The translations under genes were made by a program, and so were the position numbers. From assembly GCA_013265495.1 (NCBI GenBank), contig MU057398.1, positions 434,001 through 498,000 on the forward strand: DNA of 64,000 bases, given 5' to 3'. The first letter of the stretch is position 1, and each line of letters begins with the position of its first letter. This document shows, one piece after another, positions 1 through 18,891 of the stretch. This DNA comes from Vicugna vicugna. Its lineage: Eukaryota. The notes under the pieces were generated by a model that was not told where the DNA came from, ran no database searches, and saw only the letters and a program-made list of their open reading frames with translations.

Positions 1-2443
<2,443 letters not shown>

Positions 2444-2674
2444 GCCCCACTGGCGCTCTGGGCAGCTTGGGGTGGGCCCGGCTGCCCCCACCCCCCACCC
2501 CCAGTGCCTTGAGGGAAAGCAGGACAGTTCCTGCCACCCTGCGCGAGCTGCCCTCTCCCTACCCTGGTCAGCAGGGCAGACAGATGCTGGGGCCAGGCCC
2601 ACATTTCAAAATCTGTTCTGCCCTCAATCCTTACAGAGGGCACTCTGAATAAGAAGTGTGCTGTTTCTTTTCTT

Positions 2675-2680
2675 AATAAA
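2675..2680 (+). terminator. SRPK3 polyadenylation signal AATAAA
   Basis: AATAAA about 230 nt after the SRPK3 stop codon. Confidence 0.8.
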
Positions 2681-2748
2681 GTGTGACCTGAAACACCAGC
2701 GTCCTGGAGTGACAGAAACATATGGCCAAGAACTGGGGCAGAAGCTGG

Positions 2749-2754
2749 TTTATT
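2749..2754 (-). terminator. IDH3G polyadenylation signal AATAAA
   Basis: TTTATT on the + strand, 78 nt past the IDH3G stop codon. Confidence 0.8.
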
Positions 2755-2832
2755 CTGGGTCTACCCACTCAGTAGGGTGCTGGGGGAGCGAAGGGGATCT
2801 GGAGAGGGGGTGGACACAGTGCCAGAGACAGC

Positions 2833-5800
2833 CTAGGCCTCCACGGCCCGGCCGTTGATGATGCGGATGTGACGGATGATGTCCTGGATGGCTTCCGATG
2901 TGGTGCCCTGGCCCCCGATGTCCGGGGTGTGCATCTGTGGGAGGTAGGCAAGCTCGGTCACACAGCAGGGTTCCACCAATACCTGAGCCCTGCCTGGCAG
3001 GCGGCCCAGGGCTGGCCACTGTCTCCACTGGCTTACAGGGCCTGAAAGCGCCATGAGGACAGCGGTCCCAGCTAAGGCCCTGAAGCCCTCCCTTACTTGG
3101 TACCACCCTCCCCTTGGGGGCAGCAGGAAGTGCCAGGTCACCACTTCCAGAACCTCAGATGTCCTATCAGCTCAACCTGAGCTGGGGGCGGGGAGGAGGT
3201 TGCTGGGGAGGAGGCAGGTGAGGGGAGAAGAGCCTCACATTTTCATTGTCCATGGATGCCAAGACAGCCTTGCGGATGGAGGTGGCGTAGGAGTGTAGCC
3301 TAAGGAGGAAGATCAGACTTCAGGCCTCCGGGCCGCGAGGCTGGCCAGCGGCAGACAGCCCGCATCAAGAAGCTACTTACTTGAGGTGGTCAAGCATCAT
3401 GCAACTTGCCAGCAACGTTGCTGTGGGGTTGGCGATGTTCTTATTGGCGATACTCTTGCCTGTGTTCCTTGTAGCCTGGAAGAGGCAAGATGGGAGAAGG
3501 GGGGTGGTGAATATAAGAATGTTGAGTGCAGACTACATTCATGTAGAAAGCCCAGAACAGGCAAATCCACAGAGACAGAGGGTGGGTGAGTTCCGTGCCG
3601 GGGCCAGGGAAGGAGGGCAGCAGGAGACTGACGGCTAACGAGGACAAGATTTCTCTTTGGAGAGATGAAAATGTTTGAGAATTAGTTGTGATGGCTGCAC
3701 AACTCTGTATTATTCTAAAAACCACTAAATCATCCACTTTCAGCGGATGACACTGGATGCTATGTGAGCTACAGTTTACAATTCAAAGAGGCCAGCGGCC
3801 CTGGCGCCGCTAGCAGCACTCACCGTCTCGAATACAGCATACACGTGGCCATAGTTGGCCCCGGCCACGAGGCCAGGGCCTCCGACCAGCCCTGCACAGA
3901 CGTTGTTGACGATGTTGCCGTAGAGATTGGGCATCACCATGACATCAAACTGCTGGGGCCGAGACACCAGCTGTGGGGCAAGAAGGGGCCAGACAGGAGC
4001 TTGAGCACAAGAAGCCCCAGGAGCCAGGGGCAGGGGGCCGCGTGGCGTGGCAGGCTAACTACCTGCATGGTGGTGTTGTCCACAATCATATTCTCAAAGG
4101 TGATCTGGGGGTAGCCAGCTGCCACCTCCTTGCAGCACTGGAGGAAGAGCCCATCGCCCAGCTTCCTAGTGGGGGACCCAGGACACCACTTTGGCCACTG
4201 CAACCATCAGCCGGAGGGATGGGGTGTGCAGACAGCCACAGGAGGCTGGGTTCTAATCTATAACCAGTCCCATCTGCAGAATGGGCACAATCCCACCCCA
4301 CCTCCGCAAAGTGTGCATGGCAGTGAGGCCACAGCTGGGGAGTGGGCAATAGGCGCACCCCTGAGCCTGGCCCCTTGGTGGGTAGCTGGAGTCCTGGGCA
4401 CAAGTCCCTGAAAGCAGTCCCAGCTAGGCTGCTCAATCCAGCTGCCTCAGGGCTGCTTGCAGAATGGGTGGGGTGGGGTGGGGCAGGAGGCATACATGAT
4501 GTTGGCCTTGTGTACAGCTGTCACTTTCTTTCGCCCAGTTTCCTGGGCCAGTTTGAAGGCATACTCCGCAATGCGCAGGGACTTGGCCTTGGTGATGATC
4601 TTAAGGCTCTCCACCACTCCAGCCACACTCTGAGAAGGGGACAACAGAGAAGAGACCTATACCCTGTCCAAGCCTGCCCTCTAACACAAGCTTCCCTCGG
4701 GCACAGCCTTTACATCCCCGCCCCATGACCCACCTCATGCTCCAGGCTGCTGTACTCGCCCTCTGTGTTTTCCCGGACAATGAGGATGTCTATGTCCCTG
4801 TGCCGGGTCACCACTCCCGGCAGGCTCTTACAGTGGATGACGTTGGCGTACAGGTCCAGGCTGGTGCTGGGGGCACAGAGAGAAACAGCCAGTCAGTGCC
4901 AGGACTCTCTGCGGGCAACCCCCACCAGGCCATCACCCCGGGCACTTGGCTCTCACCGAAGGATGTTATTTCGGGATTTGTGGGATGGCGGCAGGTTGTG
5001 GTTTGTTTCAATATTACCTGCAGGACAGAAGCAAGGCAGGCAGGCTGGAAAGAGGGCCCCTGGCTCAGCCGTAGCACCTCAGTCCCCTTTCTGACCCAGG
5101 GAACATGTGCCGAAGGCGGCTTCAACAGCAGAGGAAGGCAGCTTCGGGTAGCAGAAATACTCCGTAGGACACTCTAGTATAACTTCCAGTGTAAGTTCCA
5201 TGAGGGCAAAGGGGGCTGTGTGCATGCATGTGGTTCGCTGATGGGTTCCAAGGATCGAAAAGAGCCCCTGGCACATAGCAGGCACTCAGTCAATACGTAA
5301 TGAATGAAAGAACAAATGAATGAATGAACAAGGATTGGCAGGCAGCCAGAAGCTCTTGCTAGACCCTGGGCAGGGAATGGCAAGGCCAGGGTGTGGCTGG
5401 ATAGAAAGTCCACTCTTGCTTACTAACAGGATGATGGCTAGGCTGGCACCAGCAAGGTGACCTTGGCCAGGGTTAGCGCCAGGCCCTGTATCAAGGCACC
5501 ACGAGAGCTCAGGGGCAGGTGGAGGTCGCCCGAAAAAGACCACCGTTTGGCCTTGGCTGGAACCAAGAGCAAGAGCAGCAGGGGGCTAGCAGCCACTGAG
5601 AGAAGGTGGTAAGGGTGCCAGGCAGAGGAGGCCTTTCTCAGGGACCCCGGGGCCACCAGCCCCTCCAAGTTACGCCCTGCCTGGGCTGACTTCACCCAGA
5701 GCGCCTTGGGCACCCTGTGGTTGGCATGTCAGCCCCTCCACTGGACTGCCAGTGCCGGGGGCTCTACCGGGGTTCATCTTTCCTCACTCACTCCTCACAC

Positions 5801-8800
5801 AGAGCAAGTGATGGGCTAAAGCCTGCTGAACGAGTGATGGAAACAGTTTAAGAACTTGGATCAAATCAAGGAAAACCCAGAGAAGGGTAGAATTCCGGTC
5901 TGTAGCATCCACAGCTGTGCCAGCTGGAGCCAAGGCAGCAGGCAGAGGGTGGGAACTGCAACTCTGTGACATTTGTATGTGCAAACTCTGGCAGGTCAAA
6001 CCTGACTTCAGCAAGGGGAGAGAGTATACAGTCAGCGGTAGAGTGCCTGCTTGGATGCACAAGGTCCTGGGTTCAATCCTCAGTACCTCCATTAAAAAAA
6101 AAATACATAAACCTAATTACCTCCCCCCCGCCGAAAAGAAACACAAACATCCACACAGACACAACCTGACTTCAGCAGAGGGGGCTGCCCCAGGAGGGAA
6201 GAAGGGCAGCCCGTCACCGGACCCGCTCCTGCAGAGCCAAGTGCCCCCGAGATCTCAGAATCACAGCACAACAGGGTCCCAGGGACAAGTGTCAGCTCAG
6301 AGGTGAAAGGAATCGCACATGATGCCCCTCCTGGCCCCCGCGCTCACCCTTCAGGGCCACGCGGTTCCGACGGATGGCCATGATAGCGTTACGGATGTCC
6401 TCTTCGTCAGCAGTGGAGCTCACGTGCACCTCTTCAAAGTCCACAGGCACACATGCATGCCTGCGGCAGAGCAGGGTCAGGACGGCGGCCCCAGGCCCCC
6501 TCCAGGAAGCCTGCCTGGACCACTGGGCACAGAGGTCTCTTCCTTGCTGCTGCCCACCTTGACCCGGCTCTGGCTGAGAGGGGACTGCACCCACCTGCAC
6601 CAACTGATGGGGATGCATTTACACCCCTCGACACCGTTAGCAGGCCTGGTTCCACCTTGCCCATGCCCAGGCCAGCCTGGCAGGATCGCAGGCACCAGGA
6701 CGAAAGGCCTGGGCTTGCAGCCCTCCTGCCATTGGCTTACTGCCCATCTTGGCACAAAGTTCTCCAGGCCCCTCCTGGGCCTGGGGCCCCGTACCTGAAC
6801 ACAGATTTGACATGCAGCATGAGCTCCGGCCCGATGCCGTCCCCAGGGATCATGGTCACTGTGTGCCGTCCACCATACTTAGCCGACGGAGGCTAGAGAC
6901 GGGGAGGATAGGCCTTCAGCTCCCTTCCTCCCACCAGCACTGACCCGAGGGGCTGGCCAATCGTGAGGCGCCAGCTAGGGGTCCCTCACCCCTGCGCCCC
7001 ACCCCACCCATCCCAGACAGGGCTGCTCGCAGGGGCTCCTCAGACAGGAGGACAGCAGCAGAAGCAGTCCCCTCCCCCACCTGGACCTGGGTCAACCCCA
7101 AAGCAACTAAAAGCCCCAAACCTAACAGGCAGATGAGAAGAATACTCACAATTGTTTGTTGCTAGAGTGGGGACAGGAAGGAAAAAGACACAGATCAGCC
7201 AAAGTCGGAGGAACAAGGGTGTGCCAGGGGAATGGGGCCTTTCCCCTGGGGACGCTGTCTAGCACAGTTCAGGTAAGGAGGGGTGGGCGAGCTCTGGAGA
7301 CTGCACCTCAAAGGGGAAGACACAGAAGGGCCAGAAGCAGAGAGACATGGCACACACAAGCATGCACACGCACGTATACAACTCTGCACACACACATGCA
7401 CGTAAACACACACACAAGCACCTGTACAGAAACACACAGACAGGCGCAAACGTGCGTAAACAAAAACATCCGTACATGCAAGCACACACACACACACACA
7501 CACATGCACACACACACCCCAGCAAGTACTTACTGAGAAGCTTCTCCCGGGGGCCTCGTGGGCACCTAGAACCTGGCAAAGAGAACCCAGATGCCCAGGG
7601 TTGTCATCCAACCCAGAAACTCAACCTGGCAAGGGCCTGCTGAGCTCTTGGCGGGGCAGAGAAGCACCCTCACCGCGCCCGGACAGGCCCTGCGCACCAC
7701 GCCCTCCACCTCCCCCAGGCACCACTGGCCAGCAAGCCACACCACACAGCAGGTGCCCGGTCGGCTCCAGAGCCGCCACTTCCCAAAGACCACCTGTTGC
7801 AGCGCCACAGAGGGCCGTAACAACCCTTTATGCCTCCTTCAGGTCCGCGCTCAGTTTTTCTTAAAAATGCTTACATCTCCCTTCCCTCCTTTCATTGTTT
7901 CTGGTCTTTTTTAGCCAATTATTCCTGCTCAGTGATGTCTGTGATTTGGAAAAGTTGGCACACTAAACACGGTACAATAGGGAAATCATTATAACCAACC
8001 ACAGGACAACTATGATGGTCATTTAATCATTTTTTTATCACGTGTCCTTATTACAAAAGCACCATATGGTCAAAACATGGAGAAAACCCAGAATGTGGAG
8101 ATCAGAAGGAAGACAGCATCCAGCCCCTGCCCACCCAGAGACGAGCGCCGCTGGGGAACGGCCCTCTAGAGTCCGAAATCGCAAGTCCAACCATTTTTAG
8201 AAGTAGAGCAGACACCATCTTTTGTAAAGCCCTGCAAAACCGCTTCGGGGCCTGTGTGGGTGACAAATGTCCTCAACCCTCTACTCGAAACAGCCACGTT
8301 TGGTCACATTGCTGCTGTGCCTGACTCTAAAGGCAGAGTCACTGTGGCCATTTTCCAAAGAGCTGTGCCTTCCTGCTATAAGTCTAGAAAGCTCAGGCAG
8401 AGGCTGACTACCTCAGCTGGCTCTCCCTGGCTGGTTCACAAGGGACCCGCCTGCACAGAGCTCAGGCAGCACAGGGGCTAGGAAGGGGCTGGTTGACAGG
8501 GCAAGAGGCCCCAGGGGTTTCTGCTGATTCAGGGGGCCCCTGGATCTGCAGCCAGAGGCACACATGGGGCTTTTCTGTTTTCCTTCTAGCAATTCTCAGT
8601 ATCTGGACTCACTTTATTTGTATTGAGAGTAGGCTCTCAAACTTGTGGAAGGTGGCTTAGACTGCCCCTCCTCCAGGAAGTCTTCCCTGATGCCCTAAGG
8701 CTGCCAAGCTATTGGTCCCCTGGACTCCCAAAAGCCTACTCACTCCCTCCCTGCCAACCAGTCTCTCTAGGTTGACACTGCCTTGCTCCCTCTCCAATCC

Positions 8801-10816
8801 CTAAGCCCCCGAGAGTGGATACCATGTTTGTTTGATTCCCTACTGTCATCCCAAGACCCACAGAATGCCTGGCCCAGAGCCAGGACACAAAAATCATTTC
8901 CAGCATGAATGAGCACACTGGAAAACGAAGGAAGATACGGTGTGCTTCAAGGCTAAGGAAACCTAGGTCCAAATCCACCGTTCACTACTCTTGGTGGCAA
9001 ACAGCTTAACCATGCTGAGCTTCCCACCCTGACCTGAAATCCACAGAATAGAGGTGCCTACTTTACCTGACTGCTGGAAAGATTAAGCGAGATGGGGTAT
9101 GTGAGCTGTTCAGTCCCCAACAAGGCACAGGGGCTGTGCGAAACCACACTCACTCCTTGACCCAACCAGCCCCTCAGACCAGTGTTCAAGGCTCATGTCC
9201 AATGAGAGGATGTTGGGCCAACCCCTGTGGCTCCCAGCAGTAATTCCTCCCAGGTTACAGCCCTCTGGAGTCCACCGGCACTAGGCAGGTAACTTGGCCT
9301 TGGTATGAGCCAGCACTAGCACCAGGCCTGGCTCTGCATCTGTACAACTAACCCCAACCAGATCTTGCATCCCATCACTACCACCAGGGCTGAACCTCTC
9401 CCTCAGCTGGTCCCAATGCTAGATGTTCCTTCCAGCTTTGGACCCACAGAGCTCTCAGGATAGCGACTCCCCTGGCCTTGCTATGGACAGATGCAGGCAC
9501 CTTCCATTAGGAGGTTCCAAAGGTTCTGTAAAGCTAACCATTAAGAGCCCAGCATGAGGCAGAAGGGAATATATGCATTGGTCTCCTGCTTGTTCACCTA
9601 GCAGGAGAGTAGACTGTTGGCCCTCATCCTTAGATAGTGTCACGGAAAGAAAGGAGTCCAGCAGGAGGGTATGTGTTCCAGGCAAAGGGCTGCCATACTA
9701 CACGTCTTAGTGAGGCTTCACTCTTCAGCATGTTTCTGTTGGATCAAGTGCTCATGGTGGCTTCCTGTTTCCACACAAGGTCCCAATTAATGGGACCAAA
9801 GATCTGGGCTCTGTCTCTAAAGGTTCCCCTACCCAGGACAACCAGTCTTAGGGCAAGGCACCGACCAGATAGCAACTGCCCACCATCCCCGCCCCAATAT
9901 GGACACAAGTACACACACAGGGAAGGTCAGAGTTGGCTAACTCCTTTGAGACAGAAACTGTAGCCCAAAGAGAAGGAGACTGCCTTAAGGTCACACAGTG
10001 GGTCGGTGGGGGCGCCAGGCCTGGAGGTACCTTTCGTCCCTCAGGGCCAGTCCTGACTTGCTGATGGTTCAGATGGCGTCCAACCCACCCAGGGACTAAA
10101 TTAGCCTCATTTACTGTGTAAAGAGAGAGAAATCAGATCTGAATAACCAAGATCCTAAACGGAGAACGACAGAAGCAAAACCCTCTCGGCCTCCCCAACT
10201 CGCCAGCTTCAGGAACCCTAGCTCCTTCCCATTCCAGGCACCTGCTGGGCGGAGGGGGAGGTAAGCATCTGGGGTACCGGCGAAGTCCGACTCTCCACCT
10301 CCACTGGAATAGGTGGCAAAGTGGTCCACGAAAGGGAAAGCAGAGGTGGAAGGGCGAGGGGGGAACAGATTCCCCAGAGGGCAAGAGCAAGGCGGGCCGG
10401 GACACGTGACAGCCTCGGGAGGGCTCCCACAAGGACACGGAAGGTGAAACTTGGCCCGCTGTGGCCCACTGTCCTCGCTTGTCAGGAGCTCTTCTGCCAC
10501 AAGATGTAGACCCCTGGGAAAGCCGGACCAGAGTCAGCTTTGGCTAACCTCTTCACTGACAGCGCAGGTGGCCAATCAACCCCGGCCGCAGCACTCTCCC
10601 CTCCCCTCTAGGGGCCCGCAACCAATCGGGCCCCAGGACGCTCCGAGAGCGGCGTCCTCCGGCCTGGCCCCGCCGAAATACGAGCACCCGTCGGCGAGCA
10701 CCCCAGCTTCCTCAGGGCCCGTTCCCCTTTCTCACCTCCCAAGGACGGCAGAGGAGGGCTGGCCTGAGCACTGCCTTCGCAGCGCCACCTGCGGCCGTCG
10801 CCACCTTCAGCGCCAT
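2833..10816 (-). CDS. IDH3G: Isocitrate dehydrogenase (NAD+) 3 gamma subunit, mitochondrial, 392 aa
   Basis: 13 coding exons: 10816-10736, 7572-7534, 7161-7150 (12-nt microexon, QQTI), 6892-6795, 6460-6348, 5017-4957, 4866-4734, 4629-4496, 4165-4063, 3970-3824, 3475-3381, 3299-3239 and 2934-2833. They total 1179 nt and all introns are GT-AG. Protein: [11 protein letters not shown]...[13 protein letters not shown]...MPNLYGNIV...[12 protein letters not shown]...GRAVEA*. Confidence 0.97.
3635..3782 (+). mobile_element. Old L1 (L1M-type) 3' end fragment in an IDH3G intron
   Basis: AT-rich island containing 'gatgaaaatgttt...gaattag...gatggctgcacaactctgta...ctaaaaaccact', typical of ancient L1 3' UTRs and similar to 39040-39105 in this window. 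Edges approximate. Confidence 0.6.
6014..6162 (+). mobile_element. tRNA-derived SINE (camelid Vic-1-like)
   Basis: A/B-box-like 'cagcggtagag...ggttcaatcc', an A-rich middle and the tail 'aacctaattacctccccc'. 15-bp TSD aacctgacttcagca at 5999-6013 and 6163-6177. Confidence 0.85.
7347..7517. repeat. Imperfect (CA)n/(TG)n microsatellite in IDH3G intron 2
   Basis: Directly visible CA-rich run between exon 2 and the 12-nt microexon. Confidence 0.9.
8930..9130 (+). mobile_element. MIR-like SINE remnant
   Basis: Degenerate MIR core 'ccaaatcc...cttaacc..ctgagctt...cctactttac...gattaagcgagat'. Edges approximate. Confidence 0.5.
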
Positions 10817-11182
10817 GACGGAAAGTGAGAAGCGCTGCACGTCCCGCCGCGCAGACACTGCTCTCGCGAGAGTTCGGCAGGGCACCAAGTACCGGGAGAG
10901 GGTGGGGGCCCGGCAGTGCGCACGCACGCGCCCGCGCCGGTTCCCACGCCCTCTTCCGGCGCCGAGAGCGCCGCCGCCGCCGCCGCCGCCATCTTGGGAG
11001 GGGGCGGCCAGCTGGGCCCCCGGTCTGGGGAGGGGACACGTCAGTGCTGCAAGTGACGTCACAGGCCCGCCCGGCCCGCCGGCTCCCGATTGGCTGCTGC
11101 GGCCGCTTACGCGTCGCGCTTCCTTGTCTGTTCCTCGTGTTCTGGGGAGTCGCTCTCTTTTTCTCTCGGCAGAGAAGAGGCG

Positions 11183-15055
<3,873 letters not shown>

Positions 15056-15086
15056 GGACGGTGCCCCTGCCCCCCTTGCTTTTTTC

Positions 15087-15092
15087 AATAAA
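15087..15092 (+). terminator. SSR4 polyadenylation signal AATAAA
   Basis: AATAAA 31 nt after the stop codon. Confidence 0.85.
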
Positions 15093-17757
15093 CAGTTCTC
15101 GGCTGTCACTGGCACCAGGGACAGGGCTCCTCGCTTGTGCTGCCGTGAGTTCCACACGTGGACAGAGCTGGGCACCCAGCATCCCTCCTTCCACCTCGAT
15201 GGCACAGGCACTGCGTGAGGATGGGGCTCCCTTCCCTCCATGTGTGCATTTGCTTCCCTCTCCTTTAGCTCTCCCTTCTCAACCCCTAGTGATGCCTTCA
15301 GGGCCCAATACCCATTGCTCACCTTCTCTCAGGGTGGCCTGCGTGGTTTGGGCTGGGCCATGGGGCTGTCCCCCTCCCCCACCGTCTTCTGGCATACAGT
15401 GGTCTTGTTCTCCTGCCTTCACTCAGCCCACCTAAGCTGGCTTAGGGAAGGGCCCTCTGACCACTTGCCACTGGGGGGGCAGCTGCTCAGGGCAAGCCGG
15501 AGGGGAGCATCCCTGCCATCCAGACGTCAGCAGGACAATGAGACGCAGCCCCACCTGCCTTTCAGATTGGCTCCCGTGTTCAGAGTCCTGGGCACAAGCC
15601 ATGCACTCAAGTACCTTCTGTGCTTTTCTTGGGAAGTGCTGTGGGCGCCGCTCTGTTGCAGATTGGACAAGCCAACACACCCAGTAGCTGTCTGGGGCGT
15701 GGTCATTCTAAGCCCTACACTCTGGCCGGTTGCCCACTCCCAGCATGCTCTCGCTTCTCGGCATCAGGTGGGGCGCAGAAAAGGGCACTAAAACGAGGAC
15801 CCAGACCCCCAAGCCAGTTGCCAGCCCTTTCCTGTTGGCCTCATACCTTCTCTCCTGGTGATGCGTCTTCCCCCAGCACCTGATGTCCTTAGGACCCCAG
15901 GTGGGCATCCCCTCGCATGCTCCATGTCACCCTGCAGCCCTCCCACCAGCCCAGTTTCCATGAGACCACCACTCGCTAGACGGGTAGTAAGGGCCCTGGG
16001 ATCCAAAGGGGCTGAGTGCAAATCCTAGGGGAGCCTTTCCCAGCTGTGTGGGCCCAGTAGGTTTGCTCAGCTGTGACGTGGTGGCTGCTTTCTCCTGGGT
16101 GTGGGTGTCAGTGAGGGCTCTTTGGGGCCAGCTAGCAAAGCCCCCGGCACCCTGGTGCTGGATCTCCATCAGCTGTTACTAACGAGAAACAGCTGTGTGA
16201 GCATGGGAAGCTTCCAGGGAGGCTGCACAAGAAAACCTGCCAGGGCGGGTGGGGTTGGGTGTGTAGAGGGGAGGGTGGCTGGTGACCCATAACTGCCCGG
16301 GGGCCCCCTCCAGACTACGGGAGGCCAGTTGCTCTCCCGCCCTCAGTGCAAGTGAAGTGGGTCCGAATGGAGTGGCCAGCAGGATGGGTGAGGCTCTGGG
16401 GAAGCAGGGGCATGACAGGAGGCTCCTGCCAGCTGATGGGGTTTCTGGGTCCAGAGCAAGCAGCTGTGGGCTCAGGAGCACCTGCTGGCCAAGATTGCTG
16501 CTCCTCATCACTAAGGAGGGAACCGTGGTGATGCAGGTGGCTCTTGGATCCTGGTGCCACCACCCTATCTGATGGTGATGGGACCTGAGCGTCAAGGCTC
16601 CAGGGCATCACTGGTCAAGGGGTTCCAGACCTCCTGCTTGTCACACCCCCCCCACCCCACCCCAGCACTGAGCCCAGGGATTCCAGGTTCTGGGCCTGTC
16701 CTGGCCCCCATCACCAGAGCCCTGGGCCTCCAGCACTCCACCAAGCAAGCTCCCAGCAGCTGGGGAGGGATGCCCAGGGAACATTCAGTTTCCAACTCTA
16801 GCTGTGGTTTTCTACATCAGGGGCCTGGGAACGCCATCTTTCTCCACAGGATCCTACATGATGTGTCCCCTCCCGAGGAATGGGCCTGGTCACAGGAGTT
16901 GATGTGCCTGGCCACCTCCAGAGGCCTTAAGGGCCGCGAGGAAGCTGGTGTATCCCATTTCCCCCTTTTCACCAACAAGACCTTTCCTCCTTTCATGCCA
17001 CTGGTATGACATACTGGGCCTTACCTCCCTAGACCAAGTACTGCCCTTTTCCTGGCCTGGCCCTCAGCTTCTAGGAACACATTCCGGTTTCTCTCACTAA
17101 GGAGAGGTCCGGTCCATGTTGCTGTTTCAAGATAATTTTCACATCACCACACCCACTTAAGCTGTTGGTAGCATCCTGTGTCGGCTTAGGAGACTGAGCT
17201 GCTACTCCAGGATAGCATGGTACCCCTGGACTTGCTGTCTTTGGAGCCCTGGCCCCACCCAGTACTTAGCAGGGTTACTGGCACTTAACGGGTGTGCCAT
17301 GGTTTGCTGTGCTGAATGAACAGTATTCGGCTGCTCCTTTGGGAGTCCCCACAGCCACGTGGGTATTCATCTATCTGGCCAGGTGTTTAATCAGCATGAT
17401 TTTAGTGCTAGGCACTGTTTAGTGGGGTCCTTAAATAGGGAAGGAAGGTGGCTTGTGCCTTCCAGAAGGCCCCTACTAGGGTTCTTCCTGAGCTGAGGGG
17501 CAGGGAGAGGGTGGAACCCGTTTTGGGGCCTCAGCCACAGGCCTCTGCCATCCTTCCTGCAGCTGGGCACCACTCCTGCGACTGTGTCAGACCTCTGAAA
17601 TGATTTAGGTGACTGTTGTGCCACTGTCACTGTTCCTCAGGGATATGCCTAGGAGGCGAGGTGCAGCTCCCAATTGACCCTCCCCACCCCAAACTAGCTC
17701 CCAGTGCAATGAGAAGGAACACAAGGAGGCCAGGAATCACCCTCAAAGGCAGCTTGC

Positions 17758-17763
17758 TTTATT
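17758..17763 (-). terminator. PDZD4 polyadenylation signal AATAAA
   Basis: TTTATT on the + strand about 1.13 kb past the PDZD4 stop codon. Confidence 0.7.
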
Positions 17764-18891
17764 CTCACAATGCCAGTAGTGGGTAGGGGTGGGCAGCCTG
17801 TCTGCCTCCAACCTGAGGCTCTTTGAGCCGAAAGGCCCCCAAGGCCAGCTCTCACTAAATGCACAGGTGCCTGAGGGCTGGCTGGTCCACTTGCAGATTT
17901 GAGGCGTAGGGCATCTTCCCAGTCAGTCTAGGCCACTCCCTAGTTCCACGTGGGTCTTGTCCCCAAGGTCTGCTGTTACTCCTGGGGCTTGGTTTCTGGA
18001 TCCCTCACTGTCTCAGCCTGCCCCTCAGGCCACTTGGGAGAGGGGCCGAGCTGGAGTCAGGTACAGCACTGGGCTCACTTACTTCTTCTTAGATGGACTC
18101 TGCCTATCAGCCCCCGCAGTCTCTCCTCTCCCTCAGTCACCGGGGAAGGAGGTGACCTCCAGAGTGGGCCTAGCCAGCCCCGTCCCCACATCTCAGAGTG
18201 GAGGCTACCTGGAAAGCTGCTTCCCATTCCTGCCTTCATTTCGCCCACCTTCCCCCGCGCCCCACCCTCCCTCTTTTCCTTCCTCCCACCCCCCTCCTTC
18301 CCAGCCATCACTTGGGGATTCCACCTTTGTCAGTCTGCCTGAAGGAGCTGCCAGCCCCAAGAGCAGGTCCACAAAACAAACAAAACCAAAAAACCCAACA
18401 ATTGGCAAGCACAAAAAGGGAGAAAAACCACAAAAATCGGGGTTGCCTTTGCAAATAATGGAGGCTCCCAATAGGGGGAGAGGAACCGGACATTCCCTTG
18501 TGCTTAGGAATCTTGGTCGCCTCTCCTTTTCAGCTTCTCTGTCCTCAAGAACCCACGCTGAGAGCGCCCTGGAGGGGTGTGCGTGTGTGCATGCTTGTGT
18601 GCACGTGTCTGGGCGCCTGTCACAAGTGCGTGCACCCACAGCTGAAGGGGGGGGCCCACCCAATACAGGCCTGCCCAAGTGCCAGCTGTTGATGGGGTCG
18701 CTGTACTTGGGGAAAAGGAAGCAGCCAATGGAGTGAAGCATCCCTTCTCTGCGGGGGCTTCCATCTGGTAACAAGTCCTGTGTACACACACAGACACGCA
18801 ATGGACTCAGGGAGAGCGGGAGGCGGGGTCCTGGGAGGCTCTCTGGACCTGGGTCAGGGCCAAGGACCCATGCCCTGGAGCACAGCTGTGC

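Noticed and set aside
6014..6090. tRNA-like A/B boxes here and at 27906, 29309, 51591 and 52580
   Set aside because: These are SINE heads with A-rich tails and TSDs, not tRNA genes.
7195..7643. Cys/Val-rich and His/Thr-rich ORFs
   Set aside because: Translations of the CA/TG microsatellite.
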